Program-made: the position numbers and the translations under genes
Assembly: GCA_964057225.1 (NCBI GenBank)
Contig: OZ059897.1
Location: forward strand, 11,718,001-11,782,000
Source of the DNA: Auanema rhodensis
Taxonomy: Eukaryota > Animalia > Nematoda
Length of the DNA stretch: 64,000 nt
Direction: 5' to 3'
In this document: positions 26,975 to 39,700 of the stretch, piece after piece
How positions within the stretch are numbered: the stretch's first letter is position 1
How the letters are laid out: every line of letters starts with the position of its first letter
The notes under the pieces: generated by a model
Seen by the model: the letters and a program-made list of their open reading frames with translations, nothing else
What the model was told of the DNA's origin: nothing
Databases searched by the model: none

Positions 26975-27120
26975 GAATCAGAGCAAAACTGAAGATACCG
27001 CTCGTTTTCATTGAAAGGAATGTGAAAATTAGTGCAGCCGTGTATCGAAAAACTATATTACAAGACGTTTCAGGACAATAAATGAGGAGCAACTTCAATA
27101 ACCACGAAATGATTTTTCAA

Positions 27121-27460
27121 TTCACAAAAAAAAAATTATTATAATTCACTACTGTGTGGTTTCATCCTATTCCGAGCTCATCTTTGCAGAATTGCACTGT
27201 TGTATACTCCGATAAATAAGAACCTATTTAATTTAAATTAGTTAAATCTCAAAAGTGAAGCTATAAATTCTAAAAAAAGTTTTTTAATTGTTGCTCTTTC
27301 TTACAGCTTTTTTTGGGACATCTCCACCGTTCACGCTCTATTGAGAGCTTCATTTCAGATTGACATATTCTACACATCATAGCATCTTGTAGAATGCCCT
27401 TTTCTTGCAAAAATCGAATAGCGTTCTCTTTGGTTGCAACTCTTTCCTCTAGCGAACATG
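27121..27460 (-). pseudogene. Second Merlin transposase N-terminal fragment
   Basis: LEERVATKENAIRFLQEKGIL..CRICQSEMKLSIERERWRCPKKSCKKE..YTTVQFCKDELG..VVNYNN parallels the protein at 25221-26006. Confidence 0.8.
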
Positions 27461-28083
27461 GTATTAGAGTGATTTAGAGATTAAAGTGTTTTTACTGCAC
27501 TTGAGCCGATAGAGTACTGTCTGTGTACTCGTAGAGGAAGAATAGGTTGTTGAATGCCTCCACGTTTGGATGGAGTGATAGTTGGTAAAGGGTGGATGAA
27601 TGTGGAACAGTAGGTAGAAATAGATTCATTGATAATAACATTATAATTATTTTAGCTTACATACTAGTTGCATTGTAAAGAATATTTAATGCGTGTGAAA
27701 AAGGATATGAAGAAGAATAATATAGTCTTATATGATTCATGCGTACTAAGTGATCTCATTGAACTATAATTTTTTTGCGATTCGTTTTCTGTATCTATAC
27801 CCCCCGTTTTTAGCCCCGTCCTTTTTGCCTTCCGGCGCATACTTTTCTACCATTCGGTTTCCATTCCTGAAACGGCGGGGGGTTTGGAAGGGTTTACCCC
27901 CCAATGGGGTTAGCTAATAAGTATAATAAAACTTGAATATACAGGGTGGAGTTTAAGTATGTTCGCAAAAATTAAAGTGCAAAATTTTCAAATTGTTGAC
28001 CTTTTATTCCAAAACAAACAAAATATTAATATGAAAAACATCCAAATAAAGATTTAAAATTGAAAAAATAAAATATTTGAATA

Positions 28084-29370
28084 TATGGTACCGGAAAAAG
28101 TAATCGACGTTTTTGAACCTTTGCATTAAACTACAAAATTTTTTTAAAAAAATAAGTTTATTCTACAAAATAATCACCATCACAATTTATTGTTTTTCCC
28201 AACGTTCTACAAGATTATTCATTCCACGGGAAAAAAAGTCTAGGGTTTTAGAGGCAAAAAATGTGTTGAGTTCAATTTTGAGCTCGATTCCATTTGAAAA
28301 AGTTTTGTTACATAAAAAGTTAGAGAGTGAAAGAAACAAGTGATAGTCAGTGGGTGAAAGATCTGGGCTGTAAAGTGGGTGTGGTTAAAGACTCCATCCA
28401 ACGCTTTCTATCTTGTTCCGAGTCTCAATTGCAATGTGAGGCCTTGCGTTGTCCTGAAGCAGTAGAACTCCTTTCCTGTTGACTAAAGCCGGGCGAAGTT
28501 TGATGAGTTTTTCATGAACTATGTCTATCTGAGCACAATATGCTGTTCTATCGATAGTTCTCCCTTCTGGCAAATAATCTACGTGAACAATTCCTTGTGT
28601 AGTCCACCATACAGTAATCAAATTATTTTTTGATGTTAGTGCCTTCTTAGCTATGGTTCCTGCCGGTTCTCCTCGTTGAACCCATTGTGCTTATCTTCTG
28701 GAGTTATCGTATTCGACCCATTTTTCATCACAGGTGAGAATACGAGCGATAAAAGGGTCCTGACAATTCATAGAGAGTAGAGAAGCAGCTATAGTTAGGC
28801 GAGTCAACTTGTTGTCTTCAGAGAGAGTGTGTGGAATCCATTTGTCGAGCTTTTTAATGTAGTTCAACTCATGTAGACGCTTTCTAACTGTAGATTCATC
28901 ACAATTCAAATCTCTACATAGTTCCTGACAAGTTGCTCTTGGTTTTTCGTGAATTATATCTTTCAACTTTCCATCATCTAGTATTCTTGGTCGACCGAGA
29001 CGTTGTTCATCTTCAAGGTCTTCATTTCCTGTTTTAAATCTTCTGAACCAGAATCTAGCCACTCCGTCCCTCACAGCATCATCACCGAACATTCTTCTAA
29101 TTTTTTGATCAGCTTCAGAAGCTTTAAGATTGTTCTTAAATTTATAAAGCAGAACTGAGCGAATTGTAACACTCGAGTAGACCATTTTTAATCTTCAAAA
29201 CATAATTTTATTCAGAATATATGATCACTACACATGCATTAAATAATTATATATAAAAAGTAGTTATTTATGCTGTTTATACTTTTATAATTAATTTTAT
29301 TATATCCCGCCAAATATATAAAAAATGACTATTTGAATTTGAAACGTCGATTACTTTTTCCGGTACCTAA
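28084..29370 (-). mobile_element. Full-length (~1.29 kb) DD34D mariner nested in the maT; transposase 28158-29185 with premature stops
   Basis: TIRs GGTACCGGAAAAAGTAATCGACGTTT with flanking TA; WIPHTL, TCDEKW, LQDNARPH, YSPDLSPTDYHLF. Confidence 0.93.
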
Positions 29371-30314
29371 TATAATTCGCCTCATAGACCCTCCATCGCC
29401 AGACTTCACGATCTGGGCTATCGTGTGATATTTCTAAGCAGGTGAATCTCAACCGAAGAACAGTTGAGAAGATCATCAAACAATACAGAGAAAAAGGAAG
29501 TGTTGAACCTCTTAAAGAAGGACCTTAAGAAAGACCACGGACCATCAACGTTCCGAAGATGAGAAAGATCATTAAGAAGAGGATTCAGAGGAATAACGAG
29601 CTCAGTCTAAACAAATTGAGTTCAAACCTCAACATCTCAAGAAGGACTGTTCAACGGATCGTCAAAATTGAGTTGGAGCTTTACAGTTATCGCCTCACTC
29701 GCTCACATTATCTGACTGAGAATGCCATGAAAAACAGGCTGGAAAAGGTAAGAAGCTGCTTCACGAAATCAATGAAGGCCGCTTGATCATCGTGTTATGG
29801 ACGGATGAGAAAATTTTCACTGTTGAACCATGTAAAAAACCACAAAACCACCGTCTTTTGAAGAAGGATCAGAAGAAAAGAAGAGATATTAAAATAGTTG
29901 GAAGAAAACTATTCAGTTCTTCGGTGATGGTTTGGGCCGCTGTTACAATGGAGAAGAAGACACCTCTGATTTTCATCGATAGAAACACGAAAATTAACGC
30001 CAAAACCTATCAAGACGAGGTTTTATTGGCTGTACTACTTCCGTGGATGCAAGAGAACTTCAGAAACAACAGCATGATTCTTCAACAGGATTGGGCTTCA
30101 GCCCATGGAGCCAAGACAACAATTGGCTTCTTCGAAGAGCGTTTTCCAGGTTTCTGGAACAAGTCTTTATGGCCATCAAACTCGCCAGGCCTGAATCCCA
30201 AGGACATTCTGTTTGGTCATGTTTAGAAGTAGCCACCAGGATTAAAACATTCCAATCAGTTGATCAACTTAAACAAGAATTACTACTAGCTTGGGACAAA
30301 ATTGATGAAGCATA

Positions 30315-30455
30315 CAGTCATGTGCGATGAAAGTCGGATACCTACTAAAAACCCCTGTTTCTTTTGAAGCAAACTACAAAAAAATCGAAAAAAATAGTAG
30401 AAGTGTTGAAAAACACTATAGAATCAAAAAATGAATTTTTAAAAAAATATGTATG
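30315..30455. mobile_element. One-ended Tc1-like insertion in the maT transposase 3' end
   Basis: TA-CAGTCATGTGCG..TG-TA; removing it restores IDEAY-MGAKV..RLKAC. Confidence 0.55.
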
Positions 30456-31022
30456 TATATGGGGGCCAAGGTTGGATCAATAGAGCGGAGACTGAAAGCT
30501 TGCAACAAAGCGAAAGGCGGACATTTCGAACATTTCTTATAATTTTAGTACTGTTATTATATGTTTTAGTTGTTAATAAAATTTGGTGACAATTCGTTTA
30601 ATTTTGAACTACTTATGATTGAATTCATTTGCGAACATACTTAAGCGCCACCCTGTATTATGATATAAAAACTAAATCATTATTGGTCATTGCATCTGCA
30701 TTATCAACCATTTTTCGTCTAAATGTTTGCTCTAAAAGAACGGCTTTGTACTGAAGCTGATGTCATTCAATTTTTTCAGAGAGAGGTATAGTTCTTGAAA
30801 CTAAAGAATGTGGCCGATGTACACGACAAATGAGTCTTTCTGTTGCTTGAAATAACCAGCAAAGACTGTAGAAAGGGAATTCTAAAAATGAAACATTTGT
30901 AGATATCTAGATACTATCGTATCTCATATAGGTCTCACATTTTAACAAAAGTATACGCCTAAGGGCAAAAGGGGCGGGGCTAAAAACGGGGGTTATAAAT
31001 ACGGAAAAAGCGCCACATTTTT

Positions 31023-31048
31023 GGATGTAGTGAAAAGTCACTACATCC
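31023..31048. repeat. Perfect hairpin, 11-bp stem with 4-nt loop
   Basis: GGATGTAGTGA-AAAG-TCACTACATCC. Confidence 0.95.
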
Positions 31049-31754
31049 TCTTTTACCTAAGCCGTTCCAGCGAGAGCTCATGATTTTGGACTAAATGGAG
31101 GTTCAAAGAAAATTTTGATCGACATCGACTTAAAAGAAAGTAAACAAACTATTCGCCACTTGAACTGGAAATATGGAGCTTCTACATGAGCCGGTTAGGA
31201 AACTAATTTCCTAATCATTTAAATTATTTTGATATAATTCAATTCAAAACTATATAATTTAGATTATATTATATAAAACTATATAATATCTGAACTCATA
31301 TATTCAATCAAATGCTTTTAAACAAAGTAAAACTTTTTTTTTTTTGAAAAAGAAAAAAATTTCTAAAAAACATTATGTTCATGTGTGTAATCTGTTGTTC
31401 TTCCTACAGTTACTATGTCTTTTAAGAAAAAAAGGATTTCCTTTTATATTTCATGTATGCAGATTTAAAAAGATTAAAGGATTAGCAAACAACTTATATC
31501 AGTATTTAGACAAATGATTTTGATTTCTCATCAAACCAGAAGAAGAATATACGGAAATTTATTTATTTTTCAATGCTTTAATTAACATGAAACTATACAA
31601 ATATATAAATTACAATAAGAACAATAATATTATTATTATTTTTATTTTAAAAAATAAAAAAAATAAAAAAGTTTTAAATATATTTATAATAAAGAATAAT
31701 ATATATATATATTATATTATATTATATTATATTATATGTTATTATATTATATAA
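31049..31754. repeat. 706-bp direct duplication, copy 2 (includes the orphaned exon MSSRWNGL and its splice donor on the minus strand)
   Basis: Identical by eye to 18137-18842. Confidence 0.95.
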
Positions 31755-32017
31755 ACTATATTTCTTCTATTATATATTCAAATATTTTATTTTAAAATTT
31801 TTTTTATAAAAAGTGCTCTTGAGAAGCCTTTCATACCTGGCCTAATCAATATGTTGCTGGAGAGAGCCATACCTTTCCTCCGCATCTATGGCATGCCAGA
31901 TGATGCATGAGTGGCATAGTTGTTTTAAGTTGGAAAAAACGACATTTTTTCATGTTATTTTTTTGTTAAACTTAGGTTTTTCACATTTAATTAAATGTTA
32001 TTTTGATTTTTTTAAGA

Positions 32018-33380
32018 ATGTCTGATTTGAATTCAAGTCTTCAACAACTAACTTGGCTGTTATTAGCTAGGCAGCAAGTACCACAAGAACAGGCTAACAT
32101 TCCTCAACAAAATATTGTTAGTTGATTATTAGTAAAAATAATATTTTTAATACTTTAGATGGTAACAAAACCTGAAAAGCCTATTGTTAATGCAAAAGTT
32201 CGATTTAAAGATCCTAATAAGCCACCTTTATCATATACTCAACTTATACATCAAGCATTAGTATCATCACCTCATCAAAAGTAAATTTAAATGGATTATT
32301 TTGAAATTGAAAAGTTATAATCATCTATTTAGATGTACTTTACATGAAATTTATACATATATTACAAATAATTATGAATATTATAAAAATACTCGTAACT
32401 TATCATGGAAGGTTTGTAAACATATTTTAATATTTTTAAAATAATTCTTTTCTAGAATTCGATTCGACATAACTTATCAGTAAGTAAAGTTTTTCAAAAA
32501 GAAACAAAACCAAATGGTGAAAAAAGTAAGAAAAACTTTAAAAAATATTGTCATTTATTATATTTTATTATAATTTTAGCTTTTTATTGGATTTTAAATC
32601 CAAATGATTCTTCAAAACAAAAAGAAAAAAAGTTTTTGGAATCACAAACACGTATAAATCCATTAATCAAAAAAATGTTTAAAATTGGTAAATTTACGTG
32701 TTTCTTTATTCTTTTCTTATATAAATTATTCATTTTAGGTGAAACAAGTGAAGGAAGCAGTCATGAACTCACAACATCAGAAGCAGTTTCATATCGAAAT
32801 TCGGAAGAATTTAGTGGAGAAGTTTCAAAAAGAAGACAAACAGAACAGCGAGTAGTTAAAGATTTGATGTTGGATGAAGAAGAAGACATATCGGGCTTAA
32901 GATTATTTGCTTCTCAAGATTTAACTGCTTCTTTCAAAAAAGTTTATGAAGAGTTATTTCCAAATCAACCAAATAATAATATAAATCAAAGAGTATGTTT
33001 CATATTTATTTCTTCTTTCTTCTATACAACTTTTAGCAAAACTTTGCTACTATTGCTTTAGAAGCTGCTGGTGTTTCTTTAACTCCAACTTATGAAAAGA
33101 AAGGTTAAGAATTGAGAGATAGAATCTAGAATTTTATTTTGAATTTCAGAAGATAACTTCATGCATCAGTTACAACCTGCCTCATATTCATCAGAATCGC
33201 CTTCTTCTTCCTCAAATCACACATTTATCTCATCAACTTATACAGGTTAATCAGTTAAGTTTTCAAATTTAATATTCTGTTTGTTCAGATTCTATATTAT
33301 CGGCAAATGATCCCGAAGATCAATTTGTGAATGTTGAAGATGATTCAGATGATGAATTTGATTGGAGCCGAATTACATAA
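32018..33380 (+). CDS. Forkhead transcription factor, FoxJ2/3-type (fkh-8-like)
   Basis: KPPLSYTQLIHQAL..TLHEIYTYI..WK-NSIRHNLSVSKVFQK..YW; N-terminal SSLQQLTWL, DLTASFKKVY and C-terminal DEFDWSRI motifs resemble FoxJ2/3. Confidence 0.85.
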
Positions 33381-33642
33381 GAATTCCATTTTTCTTGTCT
33401 TGTAAATATGTATTTTCTTAAATGTTATCAGATAATTATTTTATATTAAAATAGTTTTATTCATATAATTTATAGAAAGTATGCATATAAGTACTATTTT
33501 CTATAGTTTTTGTTTTATTTTTTTATATTGAAATATGAAATAATTTCGAAACTTTTTGTTATTTCGGAACAGTTCAAACAGAATACTTCCTTGAAAACAA
33601 GACAGAGCAAGGAAGAAACATTTGGTATTGCTAGCATGTGGC

Positions 33643-33656
33643 GTTGTCATGGTAAC
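33643..33656 (+). promoter_or_regulatory. X-box (DAF-19/RFX) GTTGTCATGGTAAC
   Basis: Consensus X-box ~133 bp upstream of the che-11 ATG. Confidence 0.88.
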
Positions 33657-33788
33657 AACGTTATATGCAAAACCTTCAGTTTTAACAACGACCTAGTTTG
33701 TTAGACTGTTTCCTTCAATTTAATAATTTCATATTTAATAATAATAATAATAATATAATATATTATTTTATATAATATTTATATAAAA

Positions 33789-36700
33789 ATGGAACATCTA
33801 CATATGCAATGGTCAGCATGTTCCACATGGCTTGCTCTAGCTTCAAAAGTCGATGATCACAAAGGACAAATTGATTTTTTTCTTAATACAGTTAGTTATA
33901 TAAACATTTTTTTATATTTCTTCTAAATATTATTTTTTTAAGGGATCCAAAGCCTCTGTAGATCCAATTGTTCGGAATTCAATTCCAACATGTATACAAT
34001 GGAATCCTGTTGATTCATTTTTGATTATAGGATGGGAAGATGGAACAATTAACATTACAAATCCTCAAAAAGATCAAGGTAAACAATGATTTAATTTAAT
34101 AAAATATAAGCTTTAACATATAAATATTAAAATTAAAATTTTAATTTTGAGATTTAACACTTGATAATGGAGGATCACCATTATTTTCTGTGAAATGGAG
34201 TCATAATGGTAAAACATTATTAACTATTAGACAGGTATACTTATATATATATAATTGAATATTAAAATTAAAATAATTTTATAGAATGGACATCTATCAT
34301 TATATTCATTTTCAATGAAAAAAACAAGTAGTTTAGTGAATATTGGTGAATATTCAATAGATGAAACACCAACAGCAGTAACTATTAAGCTATCTTATGA
34401 GTAAATATTTTATATTTTCTTCAGATAAATTAATATTTTTTTCTAGAACAATAGTTGAAAAGAAAAAAGATGTTGGATTTGCTTTAGATGAACATCAATC
34501 TTATGATGAAAATCTAGAGAATAAGGTTAAATAATACTTATTATTATATATAATTAATATTTCATATAGATTTCTTCAAATGAAAGCCCAATTATAAACA
34601 AAAAAAGAAATCCACATGGTACATCATTTCTAATTGTTGGAGAAAATAATAATGTTCATTCTATACATGAAAATGGTGAAATTAAAATAGTTTATACGGT
34701 ATAAATTAAATATTAAATTATATTTATTTTTATATTTATAGTTTGATAGTACAGTATCATTTATTGGATATTATGAAGAAAAAAATATATTAATAGCATT
34801 TACAAATGAAGTAATGTTACATCATGTTAATGTAGATGGTGATGTTTTTACTGAAAAATTAAAGGTAAATATTGTAATTTTTATGAATTAATTTATTGAA
34901 TTTTATATTTTTAGGTTAAATTAAACGGAAAATTTGATACATATCAGCTATTACTTATCGAAAATATGTTATTGATAGCATATGAAGACAAAGATATCAG
35001 AGTATGGGATTTAGAATCAGAAGAACATGGTACTATATCGCTGTTAACTACCAAAGGGTTTTCAAGTACTGATCGATGTACATGTTTGGCATATTGTTCA
35101 AGAAAAGGTAAAATATTATATATTATTATTACTATAATTATAATTATAATATAATTATTATTATAGGAATTATATCAGCTGGTACAATCGAAGGTAAAGT
35201 AGCTAATTGGAGAAAAAGAATGAATGAGAAATCAATCGATTCTTCATGGAAATTACAAAATGCTCATGATATTGGAGACAAGGTTTTCTTTGTCATGGAA
35301 ATTAAGAAAAAAATAAATTAATATGCTTATAGGTTCGCAGCTTATGCTGGTCGTCTGTGCATGGATCATTAGCTGTTAATACTACTTCAAATATTACAAT
35401 ATTAAATGATGATCAACATATAATATCATTTAATTCTAAAGTATTTTCATTTTTTTTTCTTCTTTAAAGATTTTTTTCAAATTTGAGGTTGCTGTAATTC
35501 AAACAACACCTTCAACATTTACTTTGTTAAATGTTGCAACATCAGTTACACAAGAATTAAAAGTACCAATTGTACCATCTGGAATACATTTAGCTGATAA
35601 ACAACTTGTAGTATGGAGCAAAGATACAGTAATATCTATCTATATAATATTTCTTTTTAAAACTTTTATATAATTTAGGTTATGACATATGATGTTCAAA
35701 CATCATTAGCTACTATGACATCAGGATCATTCACATGTTCAGCATCTGATATAATAATTCATCAACATACATTATTTTGTATTGAAGGTGATAAGATAAA
35801 TGCTAGAACATCACAGGTTTTATACAAAATAATTATTTTTCAAAATATATTGTTTAAGGGAACTGTTCGTCAAATATTATCATTACCTGAAATGGAAGGT
35901 GATCCAATAGTAATGAATTTTAATAAAAGTTGGTTATGTGTTGGAACAACAAATGGATTTATAAGAATTTATAATATATCAAAAAAGTTTGTTTATTATG
36001 TCTTAAACATATAAACAAATAAAATATTTTAGGGAAGCTAGACAAGAATATCATTCAAAATATGTGATTGAATCATTGCCAACATTTTTAAAATTTGCTT
36101 CTATTAAGATAAATGATACGGGAAATAGGATTGCCTTTACATATTACGAGGTTTTCCCTCTTCTTCTTTTAAATTTTTATTTTTTTAATATTTTAGAGTC
36201 ATATGGGTATAAGCGATAGTATTGTTGTATGGGATGCTGAAACAGATCATGTTATGTATTTTAGCTTTATGAAAGGCATGACGGATCAACAAGAATATGA
36301 ATCTGAAGCTGAACAAGCTAATACATCTTCTCAACGGCCTGTAACAGCTGCTGCCAGGTAATAATTACCTCTGATTCATCTTATGGCTTCGTATTGAAGG
36401 AAGTTGGAGAAGGAAAAATCACGGTTTCGAATGATGTTACATCATCCAGGAACATTACAATGGGATGAGAATGATTCACGATATTTAGTAGTTGAAGCTG
36501 TACCTTCAACATATGAAATAGTTTGTGAAAATAATTCAAAATTTCAAAAAAAACTTATTTTATCAGGAGGATAGCTATACGCTTTCCATGTTTATCACAT
36601 CAGAACATGGATTACAGCTACATGATTTACAAAAGAAAAGTGCAATGTGTGATAAATTAATTGGAATTTCAGTACCTTATATGTATTTTTTAAAAAAAGT

Positions 36701-39700
36701 TTGTTTGTTTAATATTAATAAGAATTTAAAATATATTTATTTATTAGACTGAATTTGATGATGATGAACAACGTGGAGAAAAAACTATAGCAAGGCTTGT
36801 TGTAGCAAAAACATTACGAGAATTCATTGGAATTGAAAATTGCGACACAGATACTAAAAAGGGAATGTTGGATTTTTCACTTTATTTAACATTAGGACAT
36901 ATGGATGAAGCTTTTAAAGCAATTAAATTCATTAAAAGGTATAATTAAATTTAATAACTATATTAATTATATTTTATTTTATTTAAGTGATTCTGTATGG
37001 GAACAAATGGCTTCAATGAGTGTGAAAACCCGAAGATTAGATGTTGCTGCCGTATGTTTGGGTCATATGAGAAATGTGAGAGGAGCTCGAGCACTTCGAG
37101 AAGCTCAACAGAAAGGTTTGTACAGTATAAATCAAATTTTATGAAATCTACGAAATAGAAGAATAGATTAAACTATTTACAGGAGAAAGTGAAGATATGC
37201 AATGTGCTGCTATAGCTATTGAATTGGGAATGCTTGTATGTAAAATAGAAATTTTTAATAAAAATGAAAATGTTAAGGATGAAGCAGAAGCATTATATGC
37301 TACAAATGGACGTTATGACATGGTTAATAAGATAGAACAAGCTCAAAATGGATGGAATCATGTATTATATCGTGTTAAACAACTTTATGTTTTGTGTTTA
37401 CAAATTTTCAGGCATTTTCAATTGCTGAAAGAAAGGATAGAATACATTTAAGAAATACATATTATAATTATGGAAAATATCTTGAATCTATAGGAGCTAA
37501 TGAAGGAGCAGTTGAAAAGTATTTAATTTATAAAAATATTTATAATATTCTATATTAAGCTATGAAAAATCTGAAACACATCTGTTTGAAGTAACTCGTA
37601 TGCTTCATGATAATCCTAGAAATTTGGAAGCTTATATACGAAAGAAGCGAGATCCGTAAGATGAAATAGTTATAAATCTATATAATTTTAAAATATTTTT
37701 AGAGAATTATATAGATGGTGGGCAAGATATTTGGAAAGTGTTGGAGAATATGATGGTTCAATCAATTTTTATACAATAGCTGAAGATTCTTATAATGTTG
37801 TTCGAATAATGGCTAATATGGGTAAAACACAAGAGGTTTGATAATCAATTAATATTAATTATTTTATTAATTTAAAATGAATTATAGGCATCTTCATTAG
37901 CTTTACAATCAGGAAATAAATCAGCTTGTTATCATATGGCTAAAACATACGAAAATGATGAAAACTTTATTGAAGCTGTGAACTTTTATACAAAAGCTCA
38001 TGCTTTCAGTAGTGCAATCAGATTAGCAAAAGTAAATATATTTATGTTTAAAAATTAATTTTGAAACATTTAGACTCATGGAATGAAAGATAAATTAGCC
38101 AATTTATGTTTAATGGCAGGAGGAAGTGAACTTGTTGAAGCAGCAAAGTATTATGAAGATATTCCCGGATATGCTCATAAAGCTGTAATGTTATATCATA
38201 AAGTTTGTTTTAATATATACATAGTTGTATAATATGCTAATTATATAATAATTATGTGAACATTAGGCTGGAATGATTGGTCGAGCATTAGATTTGGCAT
38301 TTCGAACAGAACAATTCAGTGCACTGGATTTGGTTGCTAAAGATTTGGATGGAACGAGTGATCCAAGTACCTTAAAGGTTGAGAAATGCTGAACAATTCT
38401 CAGTATAATAGGAAACAAATATTTCAGAGAGCAGCCGAGTTCTTTGAAACAAATCAAAATTATGAAAAAGCAGTTGAATTATTATGTTTAGCTAAAGAGG
38501 TAAAATATATTTTCTTAACTATATCATATAATTAATGTTTAGTTTCAAATGGCATTGATATTATGTAAACGAAAAAATGTATTTATAACCGAGAAAATAG
38601 CAGAATTAATGACTCCAACTAAAGGTATTCTCTTTAATTATTAATAGAAATTCCGATACATGTAACTTACATGTTTGATTGTAATCTTTTTGATTTTTAC
38701 GTTTAAAATACTTACCTTAATTCGATTTATAAGTATTATAATCTATCAATCTTCATCAATACAAGTTGAACTTGACCAAAAAGCTACAAATACATGTTGG
38801 GAACAGAACGCAGAGCACGGACTAACCGAAAATCCCAAATACTCTTTATCCTTAAACGATAATCGCTTTCCGGAAACTTGATGAATAAAAAAAATATTTA
38901 ATTATTTTAAATATATTTGTAAATTAATAATTTAATTTTAGAAACAACTCCAAATGTATCGGAAAGAAAAGAAATTTTAATGGTTATAGCTGATGTATGT
39001 CATCAACAAGCATTATATACCATTGCAGCAAAGAAATATACACAAGCTGGAGATAAAATTAAAGTTTGTTCATTAAGCTTTAACTGATTTTTGAAAAAAT
39101 TAATATTTTTTTCTTTTTCTTAGGCGATGAAAGCTTTATTGAAAACGGGTGATGCACAGAAAATTCGATTTTTTGCAAATACAGCTCGTAGCAAAGAAAT
39201 TTATATTTTGGCAGCAAATTTCCTACAGGTACGTACACAGATGCCAACTTCAAACTTCCAATAAAACTTTGTAGACGACAGATTGGCAAGGTAATGCTGA
39301 AATGATGAAAGATATTGAAACCTTTTACACAAAATCTCAATCTCCTGAACATTTAGCAAATTTCTATATATCATGTGCTCATGTAAGTTCAAATAAGTTT
39401 AAGCGTAAGAAATGCAATTTTTAGATGGAAATTGAAAATTGGAGTCAATTTGAGCAAGCTGAAGGTGCTCTTGAACACGCTGCTCAAGTTTTAGGTTTGT
39501 CTCGAAGTTTATTGTAGAAAGTTTACTTAATAATATTTTTTTCAGCAAAAGCAGCGCAAAGTGACAACATGAGAAAAAGTATAACTGTCCTTCAAAATCG
39601 TGTAAAAGAACATTTAGAACAAATAACAAAATTTAAAAAAATTAAAGGGTAAATTAAAAAAATAAGAGGAATAACTGAAATCTAAATAATTCAGGGTTTA

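Larger units (their letters stand above)
27942..30655 (+). mobile_element. Complete-ended defective DD37D maT element
   Basis: TA-CAGGGTGGAGTTTAAGTATGTTCGCAAA...TTTGCGAACATACTTAAGCGCCACCCTG-TA; WTDEKIF, VMVWAAV, QQDWASAH..SPGLNPKD (37 spacing); ends AKGGHFEHFL*. Confidence 0.92.
27777..31014 (+). mobile_element. Non-autonomous Merlin derivative, copy B (~520 bp net), hosting a nested maT element
   Basis: Degenerate left TIR ~27777-27848 (CCCCCGTTTTTAGCCCCG) and right TIR ending GCGCC at 31014; internal MFALKERLCTEADVIQFFQ..KECGRC resembles the Merlin N-terminus. Confidence 0.75.
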
